Source: Deferribacterales bacterium
Lineage (GTDB): Bacteria; Chrysiogenota; Deferribacteres; Deferribacterales; Geovibrionaceae
Assembly: GCA_050253075.1 (NCBI GenBank)
Contig: JBFWJS010000005.1
Span: 1-64,000 of the forward strand
Length of the DNA stretch: 64,000 nucleotides
Direction: 5' to 3'
Shown: positions 59,329 through 64,000 of the stretch, one piece after another
Layout: each line of letters starts with the position of its first letter
How positions within the stretch are numbered: the first letter of the stretch is position 1
Made by a program: the position numbers and the translations under genes
Notes under the pieces: generated by a model
Seen by the model: only the letters and a program-made list of their open reading frames with translations
Databases searched by the model: none
Told to the model about the DNA's origin: nothing

Positions 59329-60819
59329 ATGGATGTATTTTTTACATTTCTCATAGAACCGCTTACAAAGATGTATTTCCTGAAGGCGCTGATAGGCGGC
59401 AGTATAGTAGCCGTGGTCTGCGCCGTTGCCGGATGCCTTGTGATACTTCAGCGGATGGCATTCCTCGGCGACGCCCTATCCCATGCTATGATAGCGGGTG
59501 TCGGTGCGGGCTACCTGTTTATGAAAGTTTTCTTCGGCATCGAAGCAGCAGCGGGAGCCATGCTCATAGGCTCGCTGATAGCCGCTATGATGACAGTCTT
59601 CATGATAGGCTTCGTGGCGAAGGTCAGCCGTATAAAGGAAGACACCAGCATAGGCATAATGTATACGGGTGTGTTTGCTGCGGGGGTCGTCCTCGTCTCT
59701 GTTTTCAGCAAATACATACACATAGACCTGCTCCATTTCATAATGGGCGACATACTCGGCATATCCGACACAGACATGATAGTATCGTCAATAGTCTCCG
59801 CCGTGGTGCTCTCTATCATCATACTATTTTTCAGATATTTTAAGTTAACCAGCTTTGACCCTGTCATGGCTGCTTCCATAGGCATCCCCGTTCTGTTTTT
59901 CAAATATCTATTTACGGGCTGTGTGTCGCTGATAGTGGTTTCCGCCGTCAGCATGGTGGGCGTGATACTCGTCGTGGGGCTTTTGATAACCCCCGCCGCC
60001 ACTGCGTATCTGCTTACAGACAGGCTGGAAAAGATGATGGTGCTCGCCGCCGTTTTCGGCTTTACCAGCATACTCGGCGGGCTGTACCTCTCTCTATGGC
60101 TGAACTCTTCCGGTGGCGGGGCTATCATGCTCTTCTCCACTGCACAGTTCCTCGCAGTGCTGATATTCGCTCCGAAATACGGCATGCTCGCAGACTATAT
60201 GCGTGACAGAAAGGCAGTCCCTCAGCAGCTAACAGAGGACATCATCGCCAGTATATTCAAATCCGAAGGAGTGATATCCTTCACTGAGCTGACGAAGTAT
60301 GTACAGGCTCCGAAAAAGCAGTTTGCAAACGCTATCTCCAGACTGTCTGATGAAGGACTTATAACCATCTCGCCTGATAAAGCATCCCTCACAGAAAGGG
60401 GAAAATCCGAAGCTCTCAGGCTGAAAAAAGCTCACAGGGTATGGGAAACATACCTGCACCACATGGGCGTACCCGAAAATGAGCTGCACGCACAGGCACA
60501 CGTACTCGAACATTATAACGATGCAGAAGCCATACAATATATTTATGAAAAGATGGGCTCGCCGTCCACAGACCCTCACGGGGCAGTCATACCGGACTTC
60601 TACGCAGACGGTTCTTTCTGTCTGACGGATATGTTCGGCTTTTCAGGGAGCGAATTTGAGGTCGTAACCATCAGGTCCGACAAGGATATAAAAACAGGCG
60701 ATATCGTCAGGATATCACAGACGGACGAAGGGTTTACCATAGTCAAAGACGGTCAGGAGATAGAACTGAACGAAAGAGAGGCCGCCAGCCTCACTGTTAA
60801 AGTTCCCGATAGTCTTTGA
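59329..60819 (+). CDS. Metal ABC permease fused to a DtxR/MntR-like domain
   Basis: ABC-3 permease motifs GDALSHA, SFDPVMA and LITPAATA, followed by a wHTH and LTERG…HRVWETYL…AHVLEH…DPHG. Confidence 0.88.
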   Translation: MDVFFTFLIEPLTKMYFLKALIGGSIVAVVCAVAGCLVILQRMAFLGDALSHAMIAGVGAGYLFMKVFFGIEAAAGAMLIGSLIAAMMTVFMIGFVAKVSRIKEDTSIGIMYTGVFAAGVVLVSVFSKYIHIDLLHFIMGDILGISDTDMIVSSIVSAVVLSIIILFFRYFKLTSFDPVMAASIGIPVLFFKYLFTGCVSLIVVSAVSMVGVILVVGLLITPAATAYLLTDRLEKMMVLAAVFGFTSILGGLYLSLWLNSSGGGAIMLFSTAQFLAVLIFAPKYGMLADYMRDRKAVPQQLTEDIIASIFKSEGVISFTELTKYVQAPKKQFANAISRLSDEGLITISPDKASLTERGKSEALRLKKAHRVWETYLHHMGVPENELHAQAHVLEHYNDAEAIQYIYEKMGSPSTDPHGAVIPDFYADGSFCLTDMFGFSGSEFEVVTIRSDKDIKTGDIVRISQTDEGFTIVKDGQEIELNEREAASLTVKVPDSL

Positions 60820-60865
60820 TTTTGTATAATTTTTCTGCTAATTAATACCCTTGCTCGGAGGAAAG

Positions 60866-61375
60866 ATGAAATATCTCATAGTATTATTAGCCTCGTTCAT
60901 GCTCTTTGCATGCGGTACGAATTTTTACCTGAACAAGCCTACGGTGCACCAGTTCGTCACATTTACCCAGGGCGATAAAAGTCTGAGCCTAGAGGGCGAC
61001 TCACTCATCGAAGACGACATCATAAGGATGCAGCTTGCCGTCGATTTCCACAAAGGAAATGCACAGGTAATCTACGAAAACGGCGTATATGATATGAGAT
61101 CCTCAAACCTGCCTATCAATGAAAAACAGAAAGAATATCTCAAACAAGACCTCTATGCCGCTTTTTATGCGGGCGACTACCCTTTCCGCTCCGATCATAA
61201 AATGTTCGGCAAAACAGAAATGAAGATGGGCACAAAGTCTGTATTCGCCGAAGACGGCTACGAGCTTTACCGTGTGCTCTATAACGGTAAAGAGATCGTA
61301 ATACATAATCTGGTGCGGGATTACCGCATATCTATCTTTTCCGATAAACCTATACAGAATATGAAAAAGGACTAA
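60866..61375 (+). CDS. Hypothetical lipoprotein
   Basis: Signal peptide with LFAC lipobox; GGAGG RBS. Confidence 0.75.
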   Translation: MKYLIVLLASFMLFACGTNFYLNKPTVHQFVTFTQGDKSLSLEGDSLIEDDIIRMQLAVDFHKGNAQVIYENGVYDMRSSNLPINEKQKEYLKQDLYAAFYAGDYPFRSDHKMFGKTEMKMGTKSVFAEDGYELYRVLYNGKEIVIHNLVRDYRISIFSDKPIQNMKKD

Positions 61376-61486
61376 AAGTTTAGTTAAAATAAAATTGACA
61401 ATTTATGCACGGGTATTTCATAATATATCTTTGGCTTTAATGTAAAAGTCTTTAGAGACTTTAATCAACCACAGAGGAATAAAAAA

Positions 61487-62602
61487 ATGAAGAAACTGTT
61501 ACTTTTTGCCGTTATTTCGGCACTTCTCGTTTTCGCAGGCTGCTCAAACCAGCCTAAAGAAGAAGCTGCTGCAGACCAATCAGCTGCAAAAGCCGAAACA
61601 GGCAAAGACATCAAAGCAGCTTTCGTATACGTAGGACCTGTCGGTGACGGCGGATGGACATTCTCACACGACCTCGGACGTAAAGAAATGGTTAAGCTCC
61701 CTTATGTTACAGAGACTAACTATATCGAATCCGTACCAGAAGGTGCTGAATCTGTTCGTATCATCACAAGCCTCGCACAGAAAGGCTACAACCTCATCTT
61801 TACAACCAGCTTCGGTTATATGGACCCTACACTTGAGGTTGCTGCAAAGTACCCTGACATCACATTTATGCATTGCTCAGGCTACAAGTCTTCCGAAAAC
61901 ATGGGCACATACTTCGGACGTATGTATCAGCCGAGATACCTCGCAGGTATCGTAGCAGGTAAAATGACAAAGTCTAACGTAATAGGCTATGTGGGCGCTT
62001 TCCCTATCCCTGAGGTTATCAGAGGTATAAATGCTTTCACACTCGGCGTTAAAAGCGTAAACCCTGAGGCTGTTGTTAAAGTTGTATGGACACAGACATG
62101 GTTCGACCCTGCTAAAGAGCGTGACGCTGCAGAGACACTCCTTGACGTGGACGCAGACGTTATCACAATGCACCAGGACACACCTGCACCTCTTCAGGCT
62201 GCAGAGAAACGCGGCGCATTCGCTATCGGCTACAACTCTGTTATGCAGGAGCAGGTTCCTAATGCATGGCTCACAGCACCTGTATGGAACTGGGCTGCAG
62301 TTTACAACAAAGTCGCAGAGGAAGTTCACAACGGTACATGGAAATCAGAGCAGCTCTGGGGTGGCCTGACAGAGGGATACGTTGACCTCGCACCTATGTC
62401 TGATAAAGTTCCTGCGGATGTACAGGCTTATGTAAACGATGTTAAAGCTAAGATCGTTGCAGGCGAGCTTCACATCTTCTCAGGCGAGATAAAAGACAAC
62501 AAAGGCAATGTTGCAGTACCTGCGGGCACTACAATGTCTGACGGTGATATGCTCGGCATGAACTTCTTCGTTGAAGGCGTTCAGGGCAACATCCCGGGTT
62601 AA
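61487..62602 (+). CDS. BMP-family ABC transporter substrate-binding lipoprotein (nucleoside/purine type)
   Basis: FAGC lipobox; YVGPVGDGGW, TSFGY, EVIRGINAF, TWFDP. Confidence 0.9.
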   Translation: MKKLLLFAVISALLVFAGCSNQPKEEAAADQSAAKAETGKDIKAAFVYVGPVGDGGWTFSHDLGRKEMVKLPYVTETNYIESVPEGAESVRIITSLAQKGYNLIFTTSFGYMDPTLEVAAKYPDITFMHCSGYKSSENMGTYFGRMYQPRYLAGIVAGKMTKSNVIGYVGAFPIPEVIRGINAFTLGVKSVNPEAVVKVVWTQTWFDPAKERDAAETLLDVDADVITMHQDTPAPLQAAEKRGAFAIGYNSVMQEQVPNAWLTAPVWNWAAVYNKVAEEVHNGTWKSEQLWGGLTEGYVDLAPMSDKVPADVQAYVNDVKAKIVAGELHIFSGEIKDNKGNVAVPAGTTMSDGDMLGMNFFVEGVQGNIPG

Positions 62603-62626
62603 TAAAAGTATTAAAGATAAGTAACA

Positions 62627-62665
62627 TAGCCCCCCGTCGTAACAAAGCGGGGGGCATCTTTTTTT
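62627..62665 (+). terminator. Hairpin/terminator after the BMP gene
   Basis: GCCCCCCG…CGGGGGGC…TTTTTTT. Confidence 0.7.
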
Positions 62666-62678
62666 ATAAGGCTTAGCA

Positions 62679-64000
62679 TTGAAACCAGTATTAGAGATCA
62701 AAGACATCGTAAAGACCTTCCCGGGTGTTAAAGCTCTGGACGGCGTATCCCTCGGCATATACGAGGGGGAGATACACACACTCCTCGGCGAAAACGGCGC
62801 AGGGAAGAGTACGCTGATGAATGTCCTGAACGGACTTTATAAACCCGACACGGGGAAGATCATCATCGACGGCAAACAGACTGTCTTCACATCACCGAAA
62901 GACTCCATTAAGGCGGGCATAGGCATGGTGCACCAGCACTTTATGCTTGTCAGGAACCACAGCGTGCTTGAAAACATTCTGCTTTCTGTTGAGGGTCTCA
63001 AATCCATATTCAATAAGAAAGCCATAGTGAAGCAGGTGGAGGATATCCTAGACAGGTTCGACATGGACATAGACCTGAACGAACCTATATGGAAGCTGTC
63101 CATCGGCGCACAGCAGTGGGTGGAGCTGATAAAACTGCTCATCCGTGACTGCCGTATACTCATCCTCGACGAGCCCACAGCCGTGCTCACCCCGCAGGAA
63201 GCGGACAAGCTGTTCACATTTCTGGATAAGCTCCGCTCCGAAGGAAAGTCTATCATATTCATCTCTCACAAGATGCGTGAGGTAATGGCTCTCTCAGACA
63301 GAGTGACAATACTGAAAAAAGGCACAACGGTGAAGGAGCTGACAAAAGGCTCATTCGACGAAAACACCCTGGCCTCTCTTATGATAGGCAACGACGAAGT
63401 GCCCGTATGGGAGCGCAAAGAGCGTGAGATAGGCAAAGAGATACTCAACATCAAAGGGCTCTCCGTAGATAACGACAAAGGTCTCAGTGACCTTGAAAAC
63501 TTTTCCATCGCCCTCCACAAAGGCGAGATACTCGGCATCGCAGGCATAGCGGGGAACGGTCAGAAAGCTCTGGCAGAGGTTCTCACAGGGCTGAAAGAGC
63601 CGAAAGCAGGACGCATCTTCCTCGAAGACGAAGACATCACGAAGGGGAACAGCCGAAAGAAGCACATCGCAGGCATTGCACACGTCCCCGAAGACAGAAA
63701 GAGCATGGGCATCGCTCCTGAAATGCCCGTTTCAGAAAACCTCATATTAAAAAGCTATAAAGAAAAACAGTTCCGCAAGGCATTCCTTCAGGATAAGAAG
63801 GCTATCAAAGCCAATGCGGAGAAACTCATAAAGGAATTCTCCATTAAATCCGGCCCTATGGGCACACCCGTACGGCTACTTTCCGGCGGAAACATTCAGA
63901 AGGTTATCATAGCCCGTGAGCTGTCGCTTAATCCTTCCGTGCTGGTAGCACTCTATCCCACGAGAGGTCTGGACATAGGCTCCGCCGAATACGTGCATAA
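62679..64000 (+). CDS. Sugar/nucleoside ABC transporter ATP-binding protein (two ATPase domains), partial at the window end
   Basis: TTG start; KTFPGVKALD, LLGENGAGKSTL, GMVHQHFML, ILDEPTAVL and LSGGNIQK, read manually; no stop before 64000. Confidence 0.9.
   Translation, partial: MKPVLEIKDIVKTFPGVKALDGVSLGIYEGEIHTLLGENGAGKSTLMNVLNGLYKPDTGKIIIDGKQTVFTSPKDSIKAGIGMVHQHFMLVRNHSVLENILLSVEGLKSIFNKKAIVKQVEDILDRFDMDIDLNEPIWKLSIGAQQWVELIKLLIRDCRILILDEPTAVLTPQEADKLFTFLDKLRSEGKSIIFISHKMREVMALSDRVTILKKGTTVKELTKGSFDENTLASLMIGNDEVPVWERKEREIGKEILNIKGLSVDNDKGLSDLENFSIALHKGEILGIAGIAGNGQKALAEVLTGLKEPKAGRIFLEDEDITKGNSRKKHIAGIAHVPEDRKSMGIAPEMPVSENLILKSYKEKQFRKAFLQDKKAIKANAEKLIKEFSIKSGPMGTPVRLLSGGNIQKVIIARELSLNPSVLVALYPTRGLDIGSAEYVH

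Overview
The window has two parts. Bases 1-24396 are a visibly AT-richer accessory region made of integrative elements stacked in tandem at a tRNA-Arg(ACG) locus. Only 3' tRNA halves are present (9071 and 24355, plus a degenerate third copy at 19579), so the intact tRNA probably lies left of the window. Element 1 carries an IS-truncated cheB-cheR fusion, IS3/IS21 debris, a cI/cro-like switch with visible operators and an xis-int pair. It also encodes an unusual 791-aa protein that joins a duplicated phage replication-initiator domain, intragenic iteron-like repeats, three Cys-rich repeats and a sigma-70-like C-terminus. Element 2 has a paralogous xis-int pair, no visible replication or transfer genes, and candidate anti-phage cargo: a large nuclease-like protein plus DUF4062, a Schlafen/AlbA_2 protein, Abi-alpha, and an Avs-like nuclease-STAND gene sitting alone between two att-like sites. 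Bases 24397-64000 look like core chromosome of an anaerobic or microaerophilic Gram-negative bacterium (possibly Deferribacteres-like; an impression only). They hold two-component genes with a sigma-54 activator divergent from a sigma-54-driven chemotaxis operon, an IclR-linked mhpF-mhpE-glcD-glcF-TRAP operon whose DctP has an internal deletion, cydAB, a nitroreductase, a ferredoxin, a Fur/PerR regulator, a metal ABC transporter with a permease-DtxR fusion, and a BMP-family ABC transporter running off the end. All family calls come from motif recognition by eye; no database searches were run.
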